From Phoronis australis (taxonomy: Eukaryota; Animalia; Phoronida): a stretch of 64,000 nt of DNA. The position numbers were made by a program, and so were the translations under genes. The first letter of the stretch is position 1, and each line of letters opens with the position of its first letter. The notes beneath the pieces are model-generated. The model had not been told where the DNA came from. It made no database searches and saw only the letters and a list, made by a program, of their open reading frames with translations. The DNA lies in contig NMRA01000603.1 in NCBI GenBank assembly GCA_002633005.1, positions 1 through 64,000 of the forward strand. Direction: 5' to 3'. Below, in pieces: positions 48,931 through 62,800 of this stretch.

Positions 48931-50922
48931 TTACTCTGCGCGTGTAAGCGCAGAATACTGTTGTCCCTGGGTTTTCTTCAATTTTATTCTTATTACTCTG
49001 CGCGTGTAAGCACAGAGTACTGTTGCTAATGGGTTTTCTTCAATTTTATTATTCTTCTTATTCTTATTCTTCTTCCGACCAACTTTGAGGCTAAATAACT
49101 CCAAATTTGGTGCAGGTACGGTCTTTAAATTCAGCATATGACTTTTTACAGTATATAAATTTTGATTGGTTAAATAATCATATTCCATATTGCACCGGAG
49201 AGGTCGTTTGGTGCAAAGGTCATATAATTTTAAAAATGCTACTCCTCCTTCAGTTTTAAAGCTATCTTTTTCAAATTCGGTGCACAGGTATACACATGTA
49301 GGTCATCATAACAATTTAAAATAAATTACGTTCCTTAGTAATCGGGTCATCCAATCAGGTGAAATAGGTCAAAGGTCATTAGGTGCAAACTAAAATTTTG
49401 AGCTAGACATTTCAAATTGACAGGTCTGATTGCCACAGGTAAACCAAATCGGAATCCAAAGTTTCAGGTTATTTAGTGCAAACATGAGGTCATTAGGTGC
49501 ATTTTTCTTCAGAAAATTTTACCTTTTCAATTAGCAAGTATTCTGATGTGTCAACCGTTAGACAACTGTGATTCTCAGCGTTGAACACATTTTCCATGGG
49601 CTTTGCAATAATTCTCCTGAAGATCCTTAAAATGCACCGGATAAGGTCAATTAGTGCAAAGGTCATGTAACGTTCAAAATGTTATATCTCTTCCATTTTT
49701 CAAGGAATTCTGTTCAATTTAAGCACACCCTGGTGTAAGTCAACATGTCAATTGAATACCCTAATTTACTTCGCAATAGGCTTAACCAATCAGTAAAAAT
49801 AGGTCAAAGGTGATTGAGTGGAAACTAAAATTTTGAGCTAGAGACTTCAGAATTACGTATCTGTTTACTGAGTGCAATTGAGTTTGAATTCTAAATTTTC
49901 AGGACATTTGGTGCACCCATGGGGTCATTAGATGCATTTTTTGACCACTCCATTCATCTTGTATCTGAAGTGCTTAAAGTAAAACATCTGAGATTATTAG
50001 CATTAACCACACTTTTAATCAAGTTAACAATTACTCCCTCATCGGGGCTCATAATGCACCGGAAGAGGTCAATTAGTGGAAAGGTCTTTAAAACATTAAT
50101 ATGTAATTTCTCTTACAATTTTAAAGAATTCCTTTTCATATTGGTAAACGGGTTGCTGTCAGTAACTTCCCATAATAATTCCAGTAATACGCACGCGCAG
50201 AGTCCGTTATTGTCACGCCGTGACAATAATCTTTCTAGTTCTTATTCTTCTTCCGACCAACTTTGAGGCTTAATAACTCCAAATCGGGTGCAGGTACAGT
50301 AAATTCAGCATATGACTTTTGACAGTACATAAATTTTGATTCGTTATATAATCATATTCCATAATGCAACGGAAGAGGTCATTTGGTGCAAAGGTCATGT
50401 AATTTTCAAAATGATACTCCTTCTTTTTTTAAAAAGCTATTCTTTTCAAATTCGGTACACAGGTATCAATCAATAAAGCAATTTAAAAAATTACTTTTCT
50501 AAGTAATCGTGTCATTAAATCAGGTTAAACCGTTCAAAGGTCATTAGGTGCGAACTAAAATTTTGAGCTAGACACTTCAAATTCACAGGTCTGATTGGCA
50601 CAGCTAATTCAATTTGGAGTCCAAAATTTCAGGTCATTTGATGCAAACATGGGGTCATTAGGTGCATTTTTCTTCTGAAAATTTTACCATTTCATTCTCG
50701 AAGTATTCTGATGTGTCAACCGTTAGACAACTGTGATTCTCAGCATTAAACACAATTTTTTATTGGCTTTGCAATAATTCTCCTAAAGACGCTTAGAATG
50801 CACCGGATAGGGTCAATTAGTGCAAAAGTCATCTAACGTTCAAAATGTTATATCTCTTACGTTTTTTAATGATTTCTTTTCAATTTCAGCACACTAGTGT
50901 ACATGTAAGTCAACATGCCAAT

Positions 50923-52313
50923 AGCGGAGTTGCAACCGAATCGATTTAACGATTGCGCATGTCCGGAAATTAGGGTGCGCAAAGGCTACTGGGATTGTTG
51001 ATTTTAAACGGGATGGCCGACTGGTTTGCACGACGTGTAATTTGTGTGCATTAAACTACGCTGTTGTATGTAATTCTGCCGCTATTCGCCCTAATTAGCG
51101 CCCATGGCTCAACAAGTGCCCCAACGCGTTTTCAGACTTTGCTAAAGTAAGCGCCCAGCCCATGAACTACATGCGAAAAATGCCCTTACATACAGTTCTA
51201 ACGTCTCCAATTTATCAATTGAAAGATCCGACAGCCTGAATTTGTAACGGACCACGAGCCTCACCGTTATGTCCGTACACNNNNNNNNNNNNNNNNNNNN
51301 NNNNNNNNNNNNNNNNNNNNNNNNNNNNNNNNNNNNNNNNNNNNNNNNNNNNNNNNNNNNNNNNNNNNNNNNNNNNNNNNNNNNNNNNNNNNNNNNNNNN
51401 NNNNNNNNNNNNNNNNNNNNNNNNNNNNNNNNNNNNNNNNNNNNNNNNNNNNNNNNNNNNNNNNNNNNNNNNNNNNNNNNNNNNNNNNNNNNNNNNNNNN
51501 NNNNNNNNNNNNNNNNNNNNNNNNNNNNNNNNNNNNNNNNNNNNNNNNNNNNNNNNNNNNNNNNNNNNNNNNNNNNNNNNNNNNNNNNNNNNNNNNNNNN
51601 NNNNNNNNNNNNNNNNNNNNNNNNNNNNNNNNNNNNNNNNNNNNNNNNNNNNNNNNNNNNNNNNNNNNNNNNNNNNNNNNNNNNNNNNNNNNNNNNNNNN
51701 NNNNNNNNNNNNNNNNNNNNNNNNNNNNNNNNNNNNNNNNNNNNNNNNNNNNNNNNNNNNNNNNNNNNNNNNNNNNNNNNNNNNNNNNNNNNNNNNNNNN
51801 NNNNNNNNNNNNNNNNNNNNNNNNNNNNNNNNNNNNNNNNNNNNNNNNNNNNNNNNNNNNNNNNNNNNNNNNNNNNNNNNNNNNNNNNNNNNNNNNNNNN
51901 NNNNNNNNNNNNNNNNNNNNNNNNNNNNNNNNNNNNNNNNNNNNNNNATTTGTTACTGTTTCTTTGAAGGGAGATATTGTTGGGCAGTTTCTAAGATACG
52001 TTTTCTTGCCGCCCTCAAAATGAGCGCTGCACACTTTATGCTACGAAGTCGGAAAGAATTCACGAAGTCGGCCTTTGCTACCAGCTCTTCCGATGTCTCT
52101 GACCCATGTTTAACGCAGTTCTTGATCCTTGGGAAACAGGTAGTAACTAATGTTTTTATTTCGCTAACTGGTATTATAGCATGCCAGGCACACAACACGT
52201 ATAACCTCCCTGTGGCCGGTTCGCCCCCACGCTTGCCGACGTACTTGTTTACCAGCTTAACCACAATGCAACATTCTGACCCATTTCCAATATGGCGGCG
52301 TTGCAACTCCGCT
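50923..52313 (-). mobile_element. ISL2EU-like element with THAP remnant (spans the gap)
   Basis: 14-bp TIR AGCGGAGTTGCAAC; AT TSD confirmed by the empty site in HINE unit 1; THAP YTCCVPG..YYLFPKD..W...VCSAHFEGG...CPTI with stops at 51950-52205. Confidence 0.75.
51281..51947. other. Assembly gap (667 N)
   Basis: Run of N. Confidence 1.
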
Positions 52314-55300
52314 ATTGAACAACCTACTTAACTACGCATTAGGCCTAAACAATCAGAAAAAATAGGTCAAAGGTCATTGAGTGCAAAATTAAAATTTTGA
52401 GCTAGAGACTTAAAAATTATATATCTGTTTACTACATGTAAATGCGATTGGGTTTGAATTCTAAATTTTTGGGTCATTTGGTGCATTTTTCTTCTGAAAG
52501 TGACCAATTCATTCATATTGTATTCTTAAGTGCTTAAAGCAAAACATCTGTGATTCTTAGCGTTAACCACACTTTAAATTGGTTTTACAATTATTCCCTC
52601 ATCGGGTTTCGAAATAATGCACCGGAAGAGGTCATTTAGTGGAAAGGTCATCAACTACCCTATTGTTAAATCAACTTCCAGCATTTTTGTCCCATGACTT
52701 GCTGACCTCCTCCCTTATACCATTTATAACATTATTGTCCTTTCTTGATATATTTTAAAGGTCGTCCAACTTTTTCTCTAGCAATTTATGCAACCGTTGA
52801 GTTTGACATTCTCAGCCTTTGTCTCTTGAAATTGCTGCCTAGGTTTATCTCCTTCTCCATATCTTCAAATCTGACCTTTATCTGGTTCAGTAATTTCTTT
52901 GTTTGTTAGTCCTGGATCATGCATGTAGGCCTAATCTGTGACGCTGCGCAGGTGGGGACGGCTCGTTAGAGTTTTTCGTTTTGCACCACCGGTCAGCATT
53001 GTTTACAGTGGCTGTGGAAGTTACGTAACACACTACAGATACGTTGAATGTCCATCGTAATGGCGCAACGTTCGTTTACAAAACTTTTACTGTAGCTGCT
53101 CTACTGAAGTTTATTGACAATAGCCTCATATTTCAGAGGCATAATTTACAATAGGTGAAACCATGTTGGGAGTATGACAATCACGCCTATGTTTCAATTT
53201 ATTTAGCATGAGCAAGTTTTTGTTATATGTGTACATTGACAGTTTCGGAGTGAAACATGTCCCAAGACATTAACGAGTTGACCACCAAAATATCACTTTT
53301 AATATTTTCGTAGAGGGCCACCTTTATAGAACACTGTCACTCGTCTTTTTAGATTTACCCCCCTCCCCCACAAGTCTTGTGCAAAGTGTTGTGCAAGTTT
53401 CTAGAATACGAGTCTCTAGGATTCCCTTTTGCACTCAATGTAGCTACATGTACGTGTACATTCGATTGCGCAGCAGGAATGTCTTTTTGCACTCTGTGCC
53501 TCTATAAGTTCATTCACGGATGCAGCCGGATACAAATAACCTACCGGCTATTGTCACTAGTCAAATTTTTGTAATATCCTGACCCTAACAATAGGCTGCT
53601 GTACACGAGTCGGTGATAAACCAAAAAAATGTGATTCATGTGATGAATGTGAAATGAAAACATCATTTCAAATTCTAACAAAACTTTGATACTTATGTTA
53701 CCTAAATACACTTGGGACCTTATTTTGATCAATTTAGCTGGACATTGAACTGGGTAAAAATGACTTAGCGGTAGAAATTTGTTCTAGAAACTTTGTTTTT
53801 TCACCGTATATTCTTTGAGTTTGATTAAACTCGCGCGTGATTTCACGTACATCAATCAAATTTTGCATCTTATGTGAAAGTTGGTGGGTTCAAAGAGACA
53901 TTTTACGACCTGTTTGTTTGAGTTAATGAGCACAAGACTTCAACTTCTGGTCGTAAACCGTCCATTTTAATGAAACGTAGCAAATGTAGCCACTGAACTA
54001 GATAAATTAAAGATTGCAACTCACTCTTGCAAACAGTCCCAAAAAACATGCGCAAATTGTGAAAATGTCCATCTTGTTGACGCATGTCTTTTCGACTTTG
54101 GCAGCGCTGGAGTCGGGGAGCGGCGGCAGACCCTCATCTAACACAGAATACATCTTTTACATCTGTAAAACAATAATCATAACACAGAGGTAGGAAAGTT
54201 ATTGCATGAACATTGGGTAAAATTGCTACCCTCGAAGTTATCATAAGTAAATTTATGAAAATCAGGAAAACAGTAACCAGAATTACGAATTGTCTTACCC
54301 AGGGCCATGGTCATCTATTGTTACAATTGAAGAGAGTAGATTCGGCAAGTTGTATGCCGAAGTAGAAAAAACTGCAATACGCCCCTACCTTACAAGTTGT
54401 CCCGTTGCACTGAACCAACCAGTCTGCTCCCATCGTGAATGGCGAATTCAAACTATTTTGGGGAAGCGCGAGAACACCACGGATATTTACTTTTTAAGTG
54501 TGCAGTTTTTAATGACCGTTGTCAAAAATGCATCATAAAAAAATTACATACAGTTTGTTGTAAATAAGTAAACCACAGAAAGCAAACAATAAAAATGCGA
54601 ATTTTTACAGTTGTATGTACATGAATACCCGTTTAACGTCATGTTCCGTACTCTCTCCCTAAGTTAAAGTAGAACAGGGTCATCTTCGTTCCAGGCCGTT
54701 AGGAGTAGACGAATCTGACGTTTTCTGGCACAGGTCAGATTCGAGTCAGATTTGAACTGTTTAAAGTGACATTATTTGTGGCAAAGGAGCTCGAATTAAA
54801 TGTTCCAAATGTGTGTCAAAAATAAATGTATTATGTATTATTTATACGCACCTATGATATAATGGTTGAAAATCGGAGGAAAATCTATCATTTACAAGAT
54901 CTGGTATGAAAAGGGTGTCCATCGTGTGTGTGATTTCCTCGGTTTTTAAACTATTTATTCAGTCATACTGACAGACAATAAATCAAGCCTTGTTTAATGT
55001 TATGGTTCTTTGATTTCCTACGAAGATTTATGTTATAATTTTTCTCCTCCAGTATTAGACTTTTATGGAACAGCACAAAATTTGCAGCATATAGAAAATT
55101 ATCAATTTCTTGCCTAATTTCCTAAGTTTCCTTCATGAAAAGTTTTCACAACTAATCGTCAGCGGTAAATATTTTGTCACCTTACTACAGGTACATCAGA
55201 CAGCAAGTAAATGTACATGTACATGTATATATAAAATTATTCATTTGATATGCATTTATTATGTAAAACCTTACTGAGGAGTGGTAAATCAACTACAAGA

Positions 55301-55559
55301 AAAACAAGACCGTGTCAACCAGTAAAGTATGTATTTTCTGAAAGAATCAAGAACAGGCGACTCTTTAAAAGACAAATTTTCATTTTAACAAACGTACATT
55401 CATAGCACAAGTACCTTTTAGTCTATATTAATAGAACCTTCTTTGAATGAAAAATTGCCGTTATCTGTCAAAAAGATATTAAGAGTTTTCGATTATTCAT
55501 GTAGTTTGGTTTCTACTCCAAATTAAAACTCAAAGAGGTGATACAATTTTGTTGTGATG

Positions 55560-56670
55560 TACCTGAATCATTGGCTGTAAGTAAAAGACGGTTAATGTAC
55601 AGGTAGAAAGATTTTCGGATTCCGACCTTATCAATTGCATGCCAATTTACGTACCCCTTATACATTTTTAAAATTGGCTATTATTTTCAGGTTCTGTGTA
55701 AACCGGTAAATCTGTCCTTCCTTCGAACCTGAAGTACTAACTGTTGAAAGAGGGCAACTTGGTGGTATTGACCTCATCCGTTAGCGTGAACGTGTCGTGG
55801 AACGCGGACAGTTTCTTGAAAGTGTACATGTATGCTCGGTCTTCTTTAAAACACAGGTGAGTTAGAAAGTATTTAGAAAATGCAAAGACACAGGTATAAC
55901 GATGGAAATCTTCGCCGTGTGAAATGGTCGGGTACAGTGAACGATCAAGATGCACATCAGGAAGTTTCGTCATTCGCTGCTCACTATTATTTCAGAAAAA
56001 TATCTGCAAAAAACATATCCCTCGCAACATGCTAAAAAGGTTGTAAGTTGTGGCTAAACTATGGTGGGCGAAGAAGAACATTGTAAAATATGTGTTCAGT
56101 AACTGAAAACTAGGAGCCGAAGATAAAGTTTCAGACGTAATGCGTAAGTCATTTTTGAAACGTTTTCAGCAAGTTTTCTATGGAAATAAGTGTTCACGAA
56201 AGTTATACGCAAGCAATGTCGTCTTGAATGAGACAGGGAGTCACCAAGTTTCCGTTCACATATGTTTATATCATTTTTTAGACTTTGTGAAATGTCCGAC
56301 ATTTACAACGGCGTCAACGGAGTCGATTTCACGGATAAAGCTGGAATACTGCAACCTAAATCTTGAATCGTGGAGACACGGTGGAAAGAAGTCGTGCAGA
56401 GCAAATAAACCAGCCAAGGGGTCTAGACAGTCATCTTGTAAGACGAGATTCTCCACGTGGCGGCGCACCTATAACATCATTGTACTTTGTTACTCGAAGT
56501 AGGCCTACACTGTAGCGTATTTTCAAAATGCAGCAAGCAAGTCGACTTCCATCTAGTGATTAAGTTTATAATGAGGAGAAAACAATTACCGTCCTTTAAA
56601 CTCCATTTGAGAAGCTTGTGAGACATGGCAATTTTATGGTTTTACTTTGTTGAGTGTCAACGTTTTAGAA
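55560..56670 (+). pseudogene. Decayed partial duplicate of BMPER exons 10-11 with flanking introns
   Basis: 55691-55856 aligns to exon 10 and about 56282-56560 to exon 11. Intron sequence is also homologous. Frameshifts and stops present. Confidence 0.9.
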
Positions 56671-57519
56671 TCCAATACAAGGCACTAACTGAACATAGAG
56701 GGATTGTTCTATAACCCCATCTAACCATTCGACACCCAATTAGCTCTCGACCTACGACCCCCTTGACCCACGACCCTCTTGATTTACGGCAAACGATCAG
56801 TGAGTGTAGTACAATGGGACTGTTCACTTGTGAGTTCGTTGTTACCGCTACTACTAGCGCCGCCAAGCAACATTCGAGCAAGTACGAGAACATTGGCGAA
56901 AGGCGCCTTTTTCAGCGGAATAAATTGCACAAATTCATCCACATAAAACCGGAACTGTCATTTTCGCGTTTCCTAAGGATGCAGCAAGGTAATGATTATT
57001 TGTTATTCAATAATATGATACATTGTCTTTCCTTTGTGTGTTCTGTTCACTGCTGAAAGACAAGTCGATCGCAATCCTGCCTTCCGTTCAGTAGCGCTAG
57101 GACCTCGCTAAAAACTTCACGAGATAACGTGAGACATTGCCGTGTATTTTGCAATGGAACACGTGACTTTGATTAGATTTTAGCTAGGTCCTAGCGTAGG
57201 TCCTAGCATACTGAACGCACTCCTGGTGCCACTGTCGTCTGCGGTGTAGGCTACTGCACTGCTGGTCTGCCGGCGGAAAGACTATGATTAACGACGTGAT
57301 AGTCAGCTTTTTGGATATTTTCCGTCCATGTATTCAGGACCAAAATGTCAACTTGTATGTCACCCGGATAATTGCATGGATAAAATTAGAAACTATACCC
57401 ATGGCTTCTTAATTCTATGCGCGAATGATGCGGGGCGCGGCCCTAAAAATATTCCTGGATCGACATTTGAGTCCTAGTTTTTTAAAGTGACAGCTAGCCG
57501 GATTTGTCTCTGTTACAGG

Positions 57520-57650
57520 CACAGAACGGCAGAACTAGTACTGCAGTGGGGTGTAGTGTAGGCTACCAGTCTAACAAGCTTGTATGGAATGCAGTGCCAA
57601 TAATGTTTGATATCCCGAATCCACCAAAAATGAAGATCCCAAAAAGTTCT
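57520..57650 (+). pseudogene. THAP-domain remnant of a DNA transposon
   Basis: AVGCS...KLVWNAVPIMFDIPNPPK (AVPTIF box). Confidence 0.5.
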
Positions 57651-57989
57651 CTGGAAATCTTGTATTACCTTTCTCTAATAGTCTTCTGTGCATGTCTGAT
57701 TACCGTCTCATAAAGCAAGTATTTTACTGGTACATCACCTGTAGAAAGGACAATTTGTTAAAATCTGTTTTTCAAATTTTCACTAAGGTTGGTCAGATTG
57801 AAACATTTTATGAAAGGTTAGCCTGTGATTTGGAGAGATCCAAAGTCAAAGGATCTTTTGGAGTCTGAATGAAAGGATAAAATTTTGATCAAACCCAAGT
57901 AAAATTATTCGAAACAAACTATGAAACAGAATTGTATTTAAAAATTAACATTTTTAGAGAAAATGTCCCTATTTTCTTAATTTAGATGT

Positions 57990-58200
57990 AGAGTCTTGAC
58001 GCGGAATGTGTAAACTGAACATTTTGGTATTTTTACTCGTATTGGGGAGCGTTTGTGTGATTCTTGTATTGTCCGATGCACAGAGGATGAAGTACATTTT
58101 CTGCTCTTGTGTTCTCTACAGTGATCTAAGAACAGAGGTCATGTTGGTTTGTTCCATCTTTGCTAAAGTAAGGATTTAAATTCAGTTTGCTTCATGACGA
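57990..58200 (+). mobile_element. Non-LTR retrotransposon C-terminal CCHC fragment
   Basis: ERLCDSC...TEDEVHFLL.C..YSDLR with frameshifts. Confidence 0.6.
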
Positions 58201-58914
58201 CACACGTCTCTGTAATTAAATTAGTTTTCAGCTTTATAACACATTTTTGGTGAAAATAGCTTTTGTTTACTAGTGCATTAATACAGAGTGTGAAGGTTGG
58301 TCAGATTTTCATATTGTGTTGGTGTGTGTCTTGCCTATTGTGTACATGTACGTTTTTGGAGCGGATTGATTAATACAAGCTCCAATTGTGACTGAGTAAC
58401 AAATGTGATTTCGTGGTCGGGCAATAACTTACCTGAAATGTTTAGTTTTATAAAAATAGGAGCAGTGAGTAATGAAATTAAGCTTAGATCTTATCATCCA
58501 AGTCTTTTTAGTTCAGTTTTGTACGAAGTTGTGGGTAGTGAATGTTTTGATTGCTGTTCAGTACCTCTTAAAATACTTTGTCATGACATTTTGCAAGTTT
58601 GACTAGTTATGAGTGATGATACACTTGATGTTAATACATTTTGTAAGTTGTAAGGTATTCTATAGATTAGCAACTGACTTGTATCTATTGGTGATTATAG
58701 TGGGAGAGTCGGGAGTTTACCGTGCACTTGAATGTCACTAAGAAGTAATGGAGTGCTCTAAAATTATATGTTAGAGTGCATCAGAATGGGTTACAATATT
58801 GTGACAGTGATGAATTGCCATGCTTTGTTGTTCTTGTTGGGTAACACCCACTGCACATTGCTAGTAGCCTGGTGCATTGAATAGGGAACACATGGGGAAT
58901 TGATGGGTGTAGAC

Positions 58915-59814
58915 TGTCAGACGATTGACTGTGGGTTTGTTTATAAGGTAGCTATATGCTTTGAGACTGTGCGTAGATGGAGAGTGAATATTTAAATCCA
59001 GTAATTGATTTATTATATGATAACCCCTAATTAGACAAGTGAAACGTGTTATTAATTAAGTAATCAACTACAAAGAAGAGTAACTACGCTAGCGCCCTCT
59101 TTAAAGATTACTTTATCAAATAACCAAAATAATCAAATGTCTTATTTGCTATCCAAGCTAGAACACTCCACTTCTTGGATGACAGTCCTGTTGGTGAATC
59201 TTCGAACTACACACATTGTATAGCGACAGTGTACTTGCTAGTCACCGTCTCTGGTGATGCAACACTTGGAGGCAATTTTTTCTACCCGCGATTCTTCTTG
59301 CTGGTCTCAGTCTCTGGCTGGTGACGCAACACTTCAGGTGGTATCTTACTTCCCACGATGCAACAGACAAGCTCTTAGTTAACTTCCTGTTCGTTAAACC
59401 TTGCCCTTGCCAAGATCCTTCTAGAATCTTCCACGAGATGGCTCTGTCGCACAATTTCCTCTGTACACTGTAGCAAGTCTTTATGCTTCAACTACTATAG
59501 CGCATCTGAATATCTTGTTGACTTTAAGCCCATATTATAATAATCTACTTATTTACTGATTGGTTAACAAGAGCCACATAATCATATCCAATCATATCAT
59601 TGGCTGTTACAGTTTGTTCTCAGAATTTTCTAGAATCTCTAGAGTACTTTGACCCAGAACCCAAAGTTGTAAACACCGTTTAAAAATAGATTTTGACGTT
59701 AAAGTACATGTTAACAAGTCTGACCCCATGATTTAAAAGTACATATGCACAAATTTTGGGCTACTTAAAATGGATCTATTCTTACTAATTACTTAGTCAA
59801 TATTTATTCTGACA
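58915..59814 (-). mobile_element. Solo LTR (900 bp)
   Basis: TGTCAGA...TCTGACA ends; flanks TAGAC/CAGAC (5-bp TSD, 1 mismatch); TATA and AATAAA on the - strand; starts like the 44465 LTR (TGTCAGAATA). Confidence 0.7.
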
Positions 59815-62800
59815 CAGACGAAACCAGCGGTGAGATGGGAGCACAATGTATAGCTGGAAAACACCCGGGGTGGTACTGCCTTAATCGGAGGGGCATGGCC
59901 ACCGGTACTTATAAAATGTTTTTGGGGACATGCACAAAAGGAGGCCCAAATCTTATCACCACCTCAGCACGCGTTGCCAATAGTCGGGGAAGCAAGCACA
60001 ACCTGTGACAATGGAAACATAACGTTGAGTTGTCGTGAGAACTGGGACACTATCCGATCGTCAACTTATTTCGGGAGAATTAAATCTCATTGTAGTTTGC
60101 GCAACGACGATGCGCGATTTTTAGAGCTGTCTACACGATGATCAACAAAGCAAATGTGTGTGTAGTTGACCATCCATTCGGTAGCTTTGCGAGAAAACGA
60201 CGACTTTGCCCACACTGAATAACGGAAACCCTTGAAAATCATTATGTGCGGGAAAGAGAAAACAAATATTTTCTGACGTGTAGGCTCAATAACTTTCAAT
60301 AAACGAAACTTCGCAACGTTTTCTTTTGCGCGCTCATAATCAGATTCCTATAACTGTTATGGACAAAAACCCAGATTGGAAACATCTAGACTAAAATCTT
60401 GATGGTATCTTATTTTGCCAGCGACCATACACTTAATAAAGAACACGGTATGAAAATGAATCAAAATCTGATTTAGGCAAAACTTGAATTGATGGGATTG
60501 TCGTCATGGAACGCATAAATATCATAATCATCTTCGTGGCAAAATTGCTTACTACAACTCGATGGGGAGGGCACGAACCTTAAAATCCTAGTACGCGTTT
60601 TCGTTAACGAGCTTTAAAAATCGACCATGGAGGAGTGTTTGAAGGAGCCAAAATCCATCCAAGTTGAAGTGGCCATAACGGAGCGATATGGAGATTTAAA
60701 TTGACGTGATTTGTGCATTTGTTTGAGTTGCTGTGTATCTAAATTAACAGGCACAGAAAAAATGACCTACATGAAACAGACCTCAGCGAACTTGTCATAG
60801 AAAAAACGTGCCACTCGTCAACTAAAACGGACAAAAAACAACCAAAGCGCGTAACACGTCGCTTGCCTTCAGGAAAAGTAAGTCTTTCAATTGCTTTTTG
60901 TGTTTAGACATGTGTACCCATATTTTGGTCGGGCTAGTACTTCAAATGTCACGCATATATAGTCGATGTCCAAATTTAACTGCCCCACCGGTTCCCTGGG
61001 TATCATGTTTTGTAATTTAAAACGATTGCACACGAAATTAACTTACATGTAGGAATAATCACAAGTTACGAGCACTGCTTCCATAAAGAGCCATAAGAAG
61101 ACAAAAACTCAGCGGCATACAATCACTGGCTTTCACAATGCATTGTTTGCATTCGACATAACAAGTAGGCGACTCTTCAGATTAACTGCTTTTGCAATGA
61201 AAATAACAGAAAGACTTCCGAATAACGCAACATAAATTGTACATGAGAATTTCAAATACTAAAATGACTAGTTGCTCACACTATGAGAATGTAATAACGG
61301 ACAAAGGCACTAGCAATGAATAAACTCTTCAGTATAAATATTACAGTTCTTAGGATGAGCAAAACATGCACAAAATACTGTTGAGGTAATTTACTGAGAT
61401 CTTTGAAACTAACAATTATAAACTCTTTAATATAAAAAATACACTTCATACAATGAACATGTAACAGATCTATACACCCAAATAGTGTTACATGTAATCC
61501 CTGATGAGATCACCCATGAAATATAATGAATCCTTCAGAGTAAATAAAAACTCACAGTGTGACCAAAATATTTAAAGTTGGACTTAACTGCAACATATAT
61601 CTATGATCCTTCAAAACTTGTGTCATACCAGTACAAGGTTCTATTACATAATAACAAAACACCAAAAGTGTCATAACTGTTGAGATCACTGCTTGCACAA
61701 GAAAAAGTAATCAATATAAAAACATATGTAACATGAGCTTGAGCAAACTACCCTATGTGCACAATACTGGTATCCCTGCTAGAACCAGTCACTTAAAACC
61801 GCAATAAATTGCACACCTCACAAGAAGAAACTAATATTTACACAAGAGTTTGCTTTTCAAGGTCAACCATGTGGAAATGACTGGGACATTGAAGAAACTA
61901 ATAAAAAATCTGCAATTAAGTATCAAAAACACAATCATTTTCCAAACCAATACACTTCACGGGATGAAAACAATAAGTACCCAACACTGAAAAGATCAGT
62001 CATCCAAGGCTTAAAGAATATTTGAAATAAATACACTGGTTAAGCAATAAACTAGTAACAACAATAACTGACACATGTCGCAATACTAGTAAATACACCC
62101 TATTTTTTATGAGCAAAACTAGCATTTCAAGCGGAAACAACACAAGCAGCTTATTAGTATTCTAAAACCACACAGGCAATACTGGTGTGGCACATGTACA
62201 TGAATGAGGTGCACATCTGGAGAAAAAGTAAAATTGTCTCCCTCGTTGTGAGTGTCCTAAGTGCATGAAGCATCCAGGTCATTCACTGAACACCAGGCAC
62301 ATCTCATACTATGCATTCAAATACATGGGAGTAGGACATTCTCACCTACCACGATGGTCAACAAAGCTGCATGCAGAATACTGCCCTGGCATATCAGAGC
62401 ATTTGATATACACAGAGCATTCGAAATGATGAGTGGAGGCACACTGATACATGCCCTGGTGGGGTCCTTAAATCCAGTAAGGTGATAAGATGTTGAGTAG
62501 AAAAAAACAGCTTTTCAAACAAATTTCCAAACACAGTGCAAGATTTTCGAATATGATTAAGCGCCAAAAATATTGGAATTGATACCTGGGCCCTGCCTCT
62601 AATCTTTTGACAAGAAATGGAACTCGAAATTACGTTTGAAATTTTGTACTCTACTTTTGCACGAGCAGAAATCAATGATGAAAATATTCATGAAAAGAAA
62701 CGGAACCCCATAATACGCTTGAGTGGTTGGGAAAAGAGGAGATAAAAGTACATGTGCTGAGTCAATTAAGAGCTGCGTTCAATATAACAAAAAGGTGAAA

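Larger units (their letters stand above)
48931..52650 (+). mobile_element. Helentron-type non-autonomous element (DINE/HINE-like), partial tandem dimer
   Basis: Inserted in a T-run; 5' sub-TIR ACTCTGCGCGTG; CTT/ATT microsatellite; 3' sub-TIR CACGCGCAGAGT, hairpin TTATTGTCACG/CGTGACAATAA and CTAGT at 50191-50240; second unit 50241-52650; internal AGGTCA..GTGCA subrepeats. Confidence 0.8.

Noticed and set aside
51267-52034. Long ORFs of X residues
   Set aside because: Artefact of the N gap
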